A stretch of 64,000 nt of DNA from Acidobacteriota bacterium (GTDB lineage: Bacteria; Acidobacteriota; UBA890; WLXD01), in the NCBI GenBank assembly GCA_965248695.1, contig CBDFKD010000001.1, forward strand, positions 32,001 to 96,000, in the 5' to 3' direction. Positions 47,831 to 58,122 of this stretch are shown piece by piece. Under the pieces are notes generated by a model. It saw only the letters and a list, made by a program, of their open reading frames with translations, did not search any database and had not been told where the DNA came from. A program made the translations under genes and the position numbers. Each line of letters starts with the position of its first letter. Position 1 is the stretch's first letter.

Positions 47831-49831
47831 ATGAAGCACGGGTGCATCGCCCTTGTCCAGCTTTGCCTATTGACGCTGACGAGCGTCGCATACGGCGAGG
47901 TGATCGACTTGCAGGTGCTCGAGATCGAGTCGCCCACCTTCGACGGGCGGACGTTCGGTGACGTTGGTGCGTACGAAAAGATCACCCTGCGTGTGACGAT
48001 GGCGGTCGACCCGGAGGACTCACACAACGTCGAGATTGTCGATCTGGCGATAGCGCCGCGCGCTGCCGATGGGCGGGTGCTGTACGTGACTACGGTGGTC
48101 ATGTTCAAGCCGATCGAGCTCGAGCTCGGCAACGGCCGCATCTTCTACGACGTGCTCAATCGCGGCCGCAAGATCGGGCTCGGCTTGCTCAACGACGCGC
48201 CACGAGTCAACGATCCCTCCTCGTGGGCGCACGCCGGCAACGGATTTCTGATGCGCGAGGGCTACACGGTCGTCTGGTCGGGATGGCAGCCGGATGCTCC
48301 GCCCGGCGACGGACGCATGTTTCTCGAGGCGCCGGTCCTGTCGGGTGTCGAGGGTCTCAGCCGTGAGGAGTTCATCTTCGATCACGATCGGAATCCAGCC
48401 GTCGCCACGTTGAACTACTCCGCCGCCCGTCTGGAGCCCGGTGACGCGCAGCTCACGGTGCGGCAGCACGCGCATGACGCCCGGCAGACGCCGCCGGGTC
48501 TGTCGTTCCGCTACATGCCTGTGACGCGCGGCGGGACCTTCTTCACCAGCGCCGAACAGATTCTGGTACAACGGCCGGACGGCTTTGACGCCGGAGCTAT
48601 CTATGAGCTCATCTACACAGCGCGCGATTCTATCGTTGCCGGCCTGGCATTCGCGTCGGTTCGCGACGTCGTTTCGTTCTTGCGCTATGAAGTTGCCGAT
48701 GATGCCGGCAACGCCAACCCGCTAGCGCCGGAAGGGACTCCCGGCATCGCGCGTGCCTACGCCCTGGGCATCTCGCAGAGCGGCCGTTTCTTGCGCGACA
48801 TGCTGTACCAGGGGTTCAACGAGGACGAGGTCGGCCGCCCGGTCTTCGAGGGTGTTGTTCCCGATGTCGCCGGAGCGCGCCGTACCTTCATCAACCGTCG
48901 CTTCGCGCAGCCGGGTAGGTTCTCGCGCGAGCACGAGTCGCACCTGCAGCCAGGCGATCAATTCCCGTTCGCCTACGGGACCCTGAGCGACCCGGTGACC
49001 GGCAAGCGGGACGGCGTCCTGGCGCGCTGCGAGGCGGCCGGCAATTGCCCCAAGGTGATGCACGTCGACTCATCGACGGAGTTCTTCCAGGGCCGTTCCT
49101 CGCTGATCGTCACCGATACCACCGGCAAACACGTTGAGCTCCCGGACAACGTGCGGGCCTATCTGATCTCCAGCACGCCGCACTCCAACTCGTTCGGTGT
49201 CGCGCCCGGACCGGTGACGCATTGTCAACTGCCGAGTAACCCGCTGCATCGCGGCGGTCCGGCGCGCGCCTTGCTCGCGGCGCTCGACGACTGGGTGACC
49301 GACGGGACGCCGCCGCCGGACAGCCGGTTTCCGTCCGTTTCGGATGCGACGCTGGTGCCGCCGAGCGAGGCAGCGGTCGGCTATCCCCGGATACCGGGCA
49401 CTGGTTATGACGGCCAGGTCAACCAGGTGCGAGTGGTCGATTACGAGCAGCTGCCGCCGACCGAGGGGGCTCCGTATCCGGTACTCGTGCCGGCGGTCGA
49501 CGAAGATGGCCACGACGTCGCCGGCATTCGGATTCCGGCCGTTGAGGTGCCCACGGCGACCTATTTGGGCTGGAACCTTCGTAGTGCCGGGTTCGCAGAG
49601 GGTGCCCTGTGCGGCGTGACGGGATCGACTATTGCTTTGCCGCACACGAAAGCTGAGCGCCTCACCGACGGCGATCCGCGTCGGTCACTCGAGGAGCGCT
49701 ACGCGAGCGCCGACGACTACATCGATCAGGTTTCTGGGGCGGCGTTGCGGTTGGTTCAAGAGCGGCTGTTGCTCGCGGAAGACGCCGAGCGCTACGTCGA
49801 ACAAGCGCGGGCGATGATTACCGAGCACTGA
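47831..49831 (+). CDS. Secreted alpha/beta hydrolase domain protein
   Basis: FGDVGAYEK, DVLNRG, WSGWQ, nucleophile elbow GISQSG, RSLEERY. Confidence 0.8.
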   Translation: MKHGCIALVQLCLLTLTSVAYGEVIDLQVLEIESPTFDGRTFGDVGAYEKITLRVTMAVDPEDSHNVEIVDLAIAPRAADGRVLYVTTVVMFKPIELELGNGRIFYDVLNRGRKIGLGLLNDAPRVNDPSSWAHAGNGFLMREGYTVVWSGWQPDAPPGDGRMFLEAPVLSGVEGLSREEFIFDHDRNPAVATLNYSAARLEPGDAQLTVRQHAHDARQTPPGLSFRYMPVTRGGTFFTSAEQILVQRPDGFDAGAIYELIYTARDSIVAGLAFASVRDVVSFLRYEVADDAGNANPLAPEGTPGIARAYALGISQSGRFLRDMLYQGFNEDEVGRPVFEGVVPDVAGARRTFINRRFAQPGRFSREHESHLQPGDQFPFAYGTLSDPVTGKRDGVLARCEAAGNCPKVMHVDSSTEFFQGRSSLIVTDTTGKHVELPDNVRAYLISSTPHSNSFGVAPGPVTHCQLPSNPLHRGGPARALLAALDDWVTDGTPPPDSRFPSVSDATLVPPSEAAVGYPRIPGTGYDGQVNQVRVVDYEQLPPTEGAPYPVLVPAVDEDGHDVAGIRIPAVEVPTATYLGWNLRSAGFAEGALCGVTGSTIALPHTKAERLTDGDPRRSLEERYASADDYIDQVSGAALRLVQERLLLAEDAERYVEQARAMITEH

Positions 49832-49834
49832 CGG

Positions 49835-50860
49835 ATGTGGAAGCGCCTCCTGCCAACAGTCACCTTCGCTGCGGTCGGCGGCGTCCTCTGGCTCGGCTGC
49901 GGCCGTGCTGGCGGCGGCGAGGTCGACTTCAATCGCGACATCCGGCCCATCCTGAATCAGCGCTGCGTTACCTGTCATGGCGGAGTCCGGCAGCAAGCTG
50001 ATCTCAGCCTGCTGTTTCGCGCCGACGCGACGCGGCCGGCGGAGTCGGGCAAGCGCGCCGTGGTACCGGGTGATCCCGGGGCCAGCGAGCTGTTGCGCCG
50101 CGTCTCTCACCGCGACCCTGACCAGCGTATGCCCAAGGAGGGTGCTGCGCTGTCGGATGAGGAGATCGATCGGCTGCGGCGGTGGATCGAACACGGAGCC
50201 GAGTGGACGCCACACTGGGCGTACGTAGCTCCGGTCGATCCCGGGCTGCCGGACGTGTCAGCGGATGCCTGGGCGCGCAACGGCATCGATCGCTTCGTGC
50301 TGGCTCGCCTGGACCAGGAGGGAATCGGAGCGTCCCCACGGGCCGATTGCTAGGCCCTTCTACGCCGCGTCAGCCTGGACCTGGTCGGCCTCCCGGCTAC
50401 CCCTGACGAAGTATCGAGCGTATGCGCCGGCGCGTCGGCAGAGTCATATGAGGACTCGTCGATGACAGGCTGGCTTTGCCGCGCTTCGGCGAGCGCTGGG
50501 CGGCGATGTGGCTCGACCTGGCGCGTTACGCCGACTCGACCGGATACGAGAAGGACAGCGTGCGCACCATCTGGCGTTATCGCGATTGGGTGATCGAGGC
50601 ATTCAACCGCGACCTGCCTTTCGATCGCTTCACCGTCGAGCAGCTTGCCGGCGACCTACTTCCGAACCCGAGCGAGAGCCAGCGCGTAGCGACGGCGTTC
50701 CATCGCAACACGACCACCAACCTGGAGGGCGGCACCGACGACGAGGAACACCGTCTGGCTGCGGCTATCGACCGCGTGAACACGACCTGGGAAGTGTGGC
50801 AGGGCACCACCATCGGCTGTACGCAGTGCCATGGGCATCCCTACGACCCGTTCCGCCAGA
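49835..50860 (+). pseudogene. PSD1/planctomycete cytochrome c (DUF1549-type) pseudogene
   Basis: VDFNRDIRPIL...CVTCHG, NGIDRFVL, in-frame TAG 50351-50353, frameshift near 50455, GERWA...[21 protein letters not shown], then truncated. Confidence 0.88.
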
Positions 50861-51184
50861 CTGCCGTACCTGGATTATCTCAACCTCTACGCCACCTCGA
50901 TTACCGACGAGGGTCTGCAGCATCTGACCGGCCTGCCGCGGCTGCGGGCGCTGTATCTGTGGCAGACGGAGGTTACACCGGCGGGCGCCGAGCGGCTGCG
51001 GGCCGCGCTACCGGACCTCGATGTCAACCTCGGTGTGGCGATGCCCGCCGAGGCGGCCGACGCAGCCGAGCGACCCCGAGGGACCGCGGGCCTGGGGTCG
51101 GCCCGCTCCGGCCCCGGAGAAGTCATGGCTCGGCAGGAGCCATTGTCGGCGGCTCTCGTGGACACGCGGTGTGCGGAGCGCTAG
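50855..51184 (+). pseudogene. Leucine-rich repeat C-terminal remnant
   Basis: [36 protein letters not shown]...[10 protein letters not shown]; no start of its own. Confidence 0.8.
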
Positions 51185-51280
51185 CCTTCGGTGCCGGCGC
51201 CGACACCGCGGCGTCGTTGCCGCGAAGACCGTGGCCCGGGTCGGGCTCCGGCCTGGGCGCGCGGCGGGAGAAACAATGCC

Positions 51281-52828
51281 ATGAAGCGATGTGCATCGAC
51301 CGTAGTCGTACTGCTACTAGCGATAGCTGCTTGTTCCGGCACCGGCAACCCGTACGCGGAGAAGTTCACCTCCCTCGACACCAGCTGGGCGGTGACCGCC
51401 GACGAGGGCTACGCGTGGGCGAAGGTGCGGGGTGACAACCTGCCGGCGCTGAACGGCAGCCCGGAGTTTCTCAGCTACCTCACCTTTCTCGAAGAGAAGC
51501 TCGTCGAGTACGGCGCCGTGGACATGCACCGCAACACCTGGATGTTCGATCGCTGGGAGACGAGCTTCGACGACAGCGGGTGGTCGCTGGTGTCGGACGG
51601 CACACCGGTACGCGTGGCGCACTACCAGGCGAACTCCGGCAACACGGGTCCCGAAGGCATCACGGCGGAGATGGTCTACTACGACCACGACAACCCGCCC
51701 GACGACATCGCCGGCAAGATCGTGGTGATCCCCACACGGCCCCACCCGGAGCCGCCGTACGACGAGCGCTACATCCAGGGCTTCACGTTCAACGACTACG
51801 AGTGGCGGGCCAACGACGATACGTACTGGGAACTGTTCGAGTTCGTGCCGCCGGAGTTCTCGATAACCTTCGATATTTGGTGGCAGCTGGGTCAGGGGCT
51901 GTGGCGGATCGCCGTCGACGGGGGCGCCGCCGGGCACGTGATCGTTTACGACATGGGGTTCGAGCGTACGGAGGGCCTCTTCACCTTCGGAGTGCCGCCG
52001 CTGCACGAGTCGCCAGGGGTGATCCTCAGCCGCGAGGATGGCGCTGAGGTTATCGAGGACGCCAAGGCGGGCAAGACAGCGACGCTGCGGCTGGAGGCGA
52101 CCGTCCAGGAATCGGAGGCCTTCCAGACGATCGTGTACCTTCCCGGCCGCGACTACGGGACGCCGGACGACGAGCAGATCCTGATGATCAACCATACGGA
52201 CGGCTCGTCGATTACGCAGGACAACGGCGCGCTCGGGTTGCTGGCGATCGTCAAGTACTTCTCCAACATCCCGCAGGAGCACCGGCCGCGAACGCTCACC
52301 GTCTTCCTCGACGGCCGGCACTACTACCCGGGAGCGGAGCGGGCATCGGCCGACGTCAGCTGGCCGGTCCGGAATCCGGAGGCGCTGGAACCGCTGGTGG
52401 CCCTCATGCACATCGAGCACATGGGCGAGATGGACTTCCGTGAGGTCGACGGCAGGTTGGAGGAGGTCGGGCTGGCCGAGCAGTCGTACCTGTGGACGCG
52501 CAACAACCAGGTGCTGATCGACGCGGCGGTCGCGGCAGCCCAGGAATACGGGTGGGAGCGCGTGCAGGTATCGGCGCCCGAGCGTCCGGGAATCAACGGG
52601 GGCCTGCAGCAGCGCTGGTGGGGCATTGCCGGGCGATTCCATCGCCGCTGCGACGACTGCCTCAACCTTCCGGGCTTCGGCCTAGGTGGCTTCCTGGGTC
52701 TGTACTGGACGACCGCAAGCGGGATCGAGCGCTTCAACCAGGAGTTGTTTAAGAACCAGGCGCACACGATGACGGAGCTCACCGGCTTGCTGATGACCGC
52801 GGACCTTGACGAGATTCGTCCCCAATAG
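51281..52828 (+). CDS. Lipoprotein, PA domain plus M28-like Zn-exopeptidase fold (paralog 1)
   Basis: Lipobox IAAC; [14 protein letters not shown]...QDNGALG, IEHMG. Confidence 0.75.
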   Translation: MKRCASTVVVLLLAIAACSGTGNPYAEKFTSLDTSWAVTADEGYAWAKVRGDNLPALNGSPEFLSYLTFLEEKLVEYGAVDMHRNTWMFDRWETSFDDSGWSLVSDGTPVRVAHYQANSGNTGPEGITAEMVYYDHDNPPDDIAGKIVVIPTRPHPEPPYDERYIQGFTFNDYEWRANDDTYWELFEFVPPEFSITFDIWWQLGQGLWRIAVDGGAAGHVIVYDMGFERTEGLFTFGVPPLHESPGVILSREDGAEVIEDAKAGKTATLRLEATVQESEAFQTIVYLPGRDYGTPDDEQILMINHTDGSSITQDNGALGLLAIVKYFSNIPQEHRPRTLTVFLDGRHYYPGAERASADVSWPVRNPEALEPLVALMHIEHMGEMDFREVDGRLEEVGLAEQSYLWTRNNQVLIDAAVAAAQEYGWERVQVSAPERPGINGGLQQRWWGIAGRFHRRCDDCLNLPGFGLGGFLGLYWTTASGIERFNQELFKNQAHTMTELTGLLMTADLDEIRPQ

Positions 52829-52839
52829 GAGGCAGCAAT

Positions 52840-54474
52840 ATGTGGGCCCACTCGCAACGACGCCTGGGACCGGGCGCCTCCACGCAGCCGCATCCGCGGG
52901 CGACCGTGGCACGCTGGCAGTCGCTCGTCATCGCCCTGTCAGTCGTTGCACTGGGGTGCGCTGGTAGCAGCGACAACCCGTACGCCGACAAGTTCACCAA
53001 CATTGACCCGGCCTGGGCGGTGACCGCCGACGAGGGCTACGAGTGGGCGCTGGTGAAGAGCGCCAACCTGCCGGCGATGAACGGCAGCCCGGAGTGGGTG
53101 AACTACGTCACCTTCCTGGAGGACAAGCTGAAGGAGTTCGGCGTCGTCGACATGCATCGCAACAGCTGGATGTACGACCGCTGGCACACCTCCAAGGACA
53201 ACACCGACTGGTCCCTGGTCTCTGATGGGGATCCGGTGCGCGTGGCTCACTACGCGGCCAACTCGGGCAACACCGGGCCCGAGGGCCTTACCGCCGAGAT
53301 GGTCTACTACGACCACGACAACCCGCCCGACTCGGTCGAAGGCAAGATCGTGGTGATCCCGACGCGGCCGCATCCGCAGCCGCCGTACGACGACGAGTAC
53401 ATCATCAACTTCACCTTCAACGACTACGAGTGGCGCGCCAACGACGACACGTACTGGGAACTGTTCGAGTTCGTGCCGCCGGAGTTTTCGATCACCTTCG
53501 ATATCTGGTGGCAGCTGCGCCAGAGCCTGTGGCGGATTGCCGTCGACGGTAACGCCGCCGGTCACGTGATCGTCTACGACATGGCGTTCGAGCGCACCGA
53601 AGGGCTGTATACGTTCGGGGTGCCGCCGCTGCACGAGTCGCCCGGCGTGATCCTGAGTCGCGAGGACGGCGCCAAGGTGCTCGAGGACGCCAAGGCGGGC
53701 AAGACCGCTACGTTGCGGCTCGAGGCCACCATCGAGGAGACCGAGGCGTACCAGACCATCTCCTATCTTCCCGGCCGCGACTATGGAACGCCGGACGACG
53801 AGCAGGTTCTGCTGATCAATCACACCGACGGCCCGTCGGTTACCCAGGACAACGGCGCGCTCGGGCTGCTGGCTATCGTCAAGTACTTCTCGCACATCCC
53901 CCAAGAGCACCGGCCGCGGACGCTCACCGTTTTCCTCGACAGCCGCCACTACTTTCCCGGGGCGGAGGGTGCCTCACATGACACGAGCTGGCTGACGCGG
54001 AATCCAGAGGCCAAAGAGCCGCTCGTGGCGCTGCTGCAGGCCGAGCACTTGGGCGAGAACGACTATCGCGAGGTCGACGGCGTGGTCGAGCCGGTGGGCC
54101 TGGCTGAGCAGTCCTATCTGTGGTCGCGCAACAACCCGGTGCTGATCGATGCCGCGGTGATCGCTGCCAAAGAGCACGGGTGGGAGCGCGTACAGGTGGC
54201 GGTGCCCGAGCGCCCGGGGATCAACGGTGGCCTCCAGCAGGTTTGGTGGGGTGTGGGGTCCCGGGCGCTGCCCGGAGGTCGCGAATCCCTCGACCTGCCC
54301 GGCTATGGCCTCGGTGGATTCCTCGGGCTGTACTGGACGACTGCGTCGGGCATCGAACGGTGGAACAAAGAGCTGTTCGAGAACCAGGCGCACACGATGA
54401 CGCAGCTGGCGGGTGTGCTGATGACCGCGGATCTGGACGAGATCCAGCCCGAGGAAACCGAATCTCAGCCCTAG
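52840..54474 (+). CDS. Lipoprotein, PA domain plus M28-like Zn-exopeptidase fold (paralog 2)
   Basis: AGGAGG RBS; lipobox ALGC; long stretches identical to paralog 1, e.g. [36 protein letters not shown]. Confidence 0.75.
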   Translation: MWAHSQRRLGPGASTQPHPRATVARWQSLVIALSVVALGCAGSSDNPYADKFTNIDPAWAVTADEGYEWALVKSANLPAMNGSPEWVNYVTFLEDKLKEFGVVDMHRNSWMYDRWHTSKDNTDWSLVSDGDPVRVAHYAANSGNTGPEGLTAEMVYYDHDNPPDSVEGKIVVIPTRPHPQPPYDDEYIINFTFNDYEWRANDDTYWELFEFVPPEFSITFDIWWQLRQSLWRIAVDGNAAGHVIVYDMAFERTEGLYTFGVPPLHESPGVILSREDGAKVLEDAKAGKTATLRLEATIEETEAYQTISYLPGRDYGTPDDEQVLLINHTDGPSVTQDNGALGLLAIVKYFSHIPQEHRPRTLTVFLDSRHYFPGAEGASHDTSWLTRNPEAKEPLVALLQAEHLGENDYREVDGVVEPVGLAEQSYLWSRNNPVLIDAAVIAAKEHGWERVQVAVPERPGINGGLQQVWWGVGSRALPGGRESLDLPGYGLGGFLGLYWTTASGIERWNKELFENQAHTMTQLAGVLMTADLDEIQPEETESQP

Positions 54475-54745
54475 CAGGCCATGGTGAAAGTGTGGTGGGT
54501 CTGGCGACAGGGTTTTGCGAGGCGCAGGCCAGGAGAGAGGAGGAGGCGATGGTAACCCCATCGTTGACGACAAACGACGCAGCATCCGCGCGCAACCCCC
54601 AGTCGCCCGAAGGGTTACGGCGATTTGGGGCCATCTGCGGCGTTGGCCCTCCTCGACGATGGCTAGTGCATCGTCTGCGTCAGGCCGCCTTGCATCTGGC
54701 CCCAACTCGCCGTAACCAGACCCACCACACTTTCACCACGGCCTG
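54475..54745. mobile_element. MITE type A, copy 2 (271 bp)
   Basis: About 13 differences from 43621-43891 by eye, same orientation, CTAG on both sides, on the TAG stop of the upstream gene. Confidence 0.9.
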
Positions 54746-54811
54746 CTAGCGGCTGCTGGAATTGAAGCGGGCGAACTGCGGGGAATCGCAAGGAGCAATG
54801 TTGGAGGTTCG

Positions 54812-56545
54812 ATGGGTCGTCGATCGTTAGCACTTGGCGTCATGACGCTGGCCCTCGTGTCCGGGCTGGCGCTCGCTCCGGATGGTCGCGGCGGCGAAGC
54901 GCGGCGCCAGGTGGCGGAAGCGGCCGACCTCGTCTTTCGCAATGGCGACATCTACACGGTCGACGCAGCCCGTACCTGGGCGAGCGCCGTTGCGGTGGCC
55001 GGCAATCGCATCGTCTACGTTGGCTCCGACGCAGGCATCGGTCCGTTCGTCGGCGCCGAGACACGGGTCATCGATCTGGATGGCCGCATGCTCATTCCTG
55101 GTTTCCAGGACTCGCACCTGCACCCCAGCGGTCAGAGCCTCGACCTGGCACAACTGGACAATCTGGTCGATAGCAGAGAGGTGCTGCGTACGGTGCAGGA
55201 GTACGCCGAGGCGAATCCAGATCGACCGTGGGTTCTCGGTCGGGGCTGGCTCGAAGCAGCGTTCAAGCCCGCCGGTGTCCCGACGCGCCAGATGCTGGAC
55301 GAGGTGGTGAGAGACCGTCCGGCGCTGATGACCAACGCCTCCGGGCATCAGGGATGGGCGAACTCGAAGGCGCTCGAGATCGCCGGGATCACCGCCGAGA
55401 CCCCGGATCCACCGAATGGTCGCATCGACCACGATGAGCATGGCGAGCCCAGCGGGATTCTCCAGGAGGCGGCGCAGGGCTTGGTACGGCAACACATTCC
55501 GGCACTGACACACGAATTCCGCATCGAGGCACGCCGAGCGGCGTTGCGCGAGATGGCGAGGCTGGGAATCACTGCCATCGTTGATGCGTCTTCCTCCGCA
55601 GCGGGCGAAGCCGAGTTCGCCGAGCTCGAGGACGCTGACGAGCTCACCGTTCGCGCCGTGCTCTGTCAGCGGTATCGTCCACAGCGCGACGACGAGGAAC
55701 AGATTCGCGACTTCATTGCCCGCCGTGCGGCGCTCGGCGCCGGGCAGCTGCGCGCCACCTGCGTGAAGATCGGCCTCGACGGCATTATCGAGCACCACAC
55801 AGCCTCGGTGCTCGAGCCCTACGTTGACCGGGACGACGAGTACCGCGGTCCGATCTTCGTGGAGCCGGCGCGACTGAAGAGGGTAGTGGCGCGCCTCGAC
55901 GCCGAGGGCTTCCAGGTTCATATTCACTCGATCGCCGACCGCTCCGCACGCGAGGCACTGGATGCCATCGAAGCGGCGCAGCAGGTCAACGGCACCGGCG
56001 GCGGACGCCACCACCTGGCGCATCTTCAGCTTCTCGATCCGGCCGACATGCCGCGCCTACGTACGTTGGGGGTGACTGCCAACATGACTCCACTCTGGGG
56101 CAGGGGAGACGACTGGGAGACCGTGTTCGCGGTGCGGGTGTTGGGGCCCGAACGCAGCCAGCGGCTGCTGCAGCACAGCTCGATCCTGGGGGTGGGGGCC
56201 AACCTCGCATGGGGCACCGACTGGCCGGTGACCAGCCTGGTGCCGGTGGAGGGCCTCGAAACGGCGACGACCCGCCGCTATCTGGGCGGCATGGACCCTT
56301 ACGGTGCGCCCGACGAATCGTGGCTGCCGCACGAGCGCCTGACGCTCGGCGAGGCAATCGCCGCCTACACAATCTCCGGGGCCTACCTGTCGTTCGATGA
56401 AGCGGAACGGGGCTCGATCGAGGTAGGAAAGCTCGCCGACCTGGTGGTGATGGAGCAGAATCTATTCGAGGTATCGCCGCTACAGATCCACGAGGTCGCC
56501 GTCGATATGACTGTGTTCGACGGCCGCGTCGTGTTCGAGCGCTAG
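54812..56545 (+). CDS. Amidohydrolase 3 family (YtcJ-like), secreted
   Basis: PGFQDSHLH, GHQGWANSKAL, KIGLDG, HIHSIAD, GTDWPV, GSIEVGKLADLVV. Confidence 0.9.
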   Translation: MGRRSLALGVMTLALVSGLALAPDGRGGEARRQVAEAADLVFRNGDIYTVDAARTWASAVAVAGNRIVYVGSDAGIGPFVGAETRVIDLDGRMLIPGFQDSHLHPSGQSLDLAQLDNLVDSREVLRTVQEYAEANPDRPWVLGRGWLEAAFKPAGVPTRQMLDEVVRDRPALMTNASGHQGWANSKALEIAGITAETPDPPNGRIDHDEHGEPSGILQEAAQGLVRQHIPALTHEFRIEARRAALREMARLGITAIVDASSSAAGEAEFAELEDADELTVRAVLCQRYRPQRDDEEQIRDFIARRAALGAGQLRATCVKIGLDGIIEHHTASVLEPYVDRDDEYRGPIFVEPARLKRVVARLDAEGFQVHIHSIADRSAREALDAIEAAQQVNGTGGGRHHLAHLQLLDPADMPRLRTLGVTANMTPLWGRGDDWETVFAVRVLGPERSQRLLQHSSILGVGANLAWGTDWPVTSLVPVEGLETATTRRYLGGMDPYGAPDESWLPHERLTLGEAIAAYTISGAYLSFDEAERGSIEVGKLADLVVMEQNLFEVSPLQIHEVAVDMTVFDGRVVFER

Positions 56546-56680
56546 CCGTTGTCGATGGGCGAATAGGCTCACTGTACTGAGTGCTAAGATACGCGCCGCT
56601 GGCCGGCCTGCGTGTTTCGGCCTTCCGGTGCGCTGTCACCAGTGGTGCCTCGATTTTGGACTTCTCGGTCGGACTGACGA

Positions 56681-57433
56681 TTGAACATTCGAGATCAGCT
56701 GACGCGAATCGCGAGCTTGCAAGACGCCGAGCTGCGCTTGGGACGGATCGAAGCCGAGCTCGCGACGCTGCCTGGCGAACGCACCGCTCGCCAGGAGCGC
56801 ATCGCCACCGCCAAAGCGAACATCGAGACCGTCGAGGCCGAGCGTGACGAGTGTCTCAAGCGGCATCGTGCGTACGAGGGCGAGCTGCAGGACGCCGAGG
56901 GCAAGATCGAAAAGTTTCGTGAGACCGAGATGCTCGTGAGGACCAATACACAGCTCTGGGCGGTCCAGGCGGAGATCGAGCAGGCACAGAAGGCAGCCGG
57001 CAGCATCGAAACCAAGATCCTCGAGGAGATGGAGCGGGCGGATCAGCTCGAGTCGGAGATCAGCCAGCGTGTGACGGATCTCGGCGAAGTGGAGCAAGCG
57101 ACTCGATCGGAGATCCAGGAGATCGACAGGCGCCAGGCCGAGCTAGAGGTCGATCGTGACTCGCGGCTGGGCGAAATCGAAGAGCTTCGAGGGACCGTCG
57201 ACGCGGCGCTGCGCGCCCGCTACGAGCGCGTCAAGACCCGCCGCCACGGGGTTGCGATCGGTGAAGCGGCGGAAGGTACCTGCCTGGCCTGCAACGTCCG
57301 CCTCCGCCCACAGCTGTGGCTCGAGGTGCTGAACATGGAAGCGCCAGTGCAGTGTGACAACTGCCAGCGGATCCTCTTTGTGCGCGATGCACTCCAGCTA
57401 CCCTCGTCGATCAAGGTAACGGTCGACGACTGA
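56681..57433 (+). CDS. Coiled-coil C4-type zinc ribbon protein (COG1579-like)
   Basis: Long coiled coil, YER, CLAC...CDNCQRIL; TTG start; TGcTAAGAT extended -10 at 56582-56590. Confidence 0.88.
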   Translation: MNIRDQLTRIASLQDAELRLGRIEAELATLPGERTARQERIATAKANIETVEAERDECLKRHRAYEGELQDAEGKIEKFRETEMLVRTNTQLWAVQAEIEQAQKAAGSIETKILEEMERADQLESEISQRVTDLGEVEQATRSEIQEIDRRQAELEVDRDSRLGEIEELRGTVDAALRARYERVKTRRHGVAIGEAAEGTCLACNVRLRPQLWLEVLNMEAPVQCDNCQRILFVRDALQLPSSIKVTVDD

Positions 57434-57447
57434 GAGCCGCCGGTCCG

Positions 57448-57852
57448 ATGTTCGTTGCTCATATCGACGGCGCCTCGCGCGGCAATCCCGGACATGCAGC
57501 TTATGGCGTGCGGGTGTGCGATTCCGGCGGCGTCGAAGTGGCACGATTCGGCGAGTATCTCGGCCATCAAACCAATAACTACGCCGAGTACCAGGGCCTG
57601 ATTGCGGCGCTCCGCTGGGCCCGAGACAACGACGTCGAGGCTTTCATGGTGCGCTCCGACTCACAGCTGCTCGTGCGGCAAATGCAGGGTCGCTACAAGG
57701 TCAAGAGCGCCACTTTGCGCCCGCTCTGGCAACAGGCGTCGGAGCTCGCGGAGTCGCTACGCGAGCTCCGCCTGGAACACGTCCGCCGTGAAAACAACGT
57801 CGAAGCGGATTCGCTTGCCAACGAAGTGCTGGACGCCCGCCCGCGCCACTAG
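57448..57852 (+). CDS. rnhA: Ribonuclease HI family protein
   Basis: DGASRGNPG, TNNYAEY, SDSQLLVRQ, HVRRENN...ADSLAN. Confidence 0.92.
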   Translation: MFVAHIDGASRGNPGHAAYGVRVCDSGGVEVARFGEYLGHQTNNYAEYQGLIAALRWARDNDVEAFMVRSDSQLLVRQMQGRYKVKSATLRPLWQQASELAESLRELRLEHVRRENNVEADSLANEVLDARPRH

Positions 57853-58122
57853 TGGCCTGTAACAGATGAACGTTACCTATCGCAGATGGGATTTGCGGGT
57901 GAGATCAAGGCGCGGCGAGGAAGGCGATGCAATGGGCATCGTCGAGGAGGCGCAACGCCGATATTGCCTGCAACTGCCCATCTGTCCGGAGGATGATGGC
58001 GAAATCCGCCCGTCTGCGGCGTTGCCCCTCCTCGAAGATGGGCAAACATCGTCTCGTCGGTGCGCCTGGCATTCGGACCCATTTCGCCACCACGATAGGC
58101 AACGTTCATCTGTTACAGGCCA
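57853..58122. mobile_element. MITE type B (270 bp)
   Basis: 30-bp TIR TGGCCTGTAACAGATGAACGTT(A/G)CCTATCG, CTAG on both sides, each CTAG being the stop of a convergent gene. Confidence 0.9.

Noticed and set aside
50351-50353. In-frame TAG as pyrrolysine or readthrough codon
   Set aside because: The same gene also has a frameshift and a truncation, and no pyl genes are seen; pseudogenisation is simpler
43621-54745. Composite transposon bounded by the two type A MITEs
   Set aside because: Each copy has its own CTAG pair and sits on its own stop codon, which fits independent insertions; CTAG is uninformative as a joint duplication
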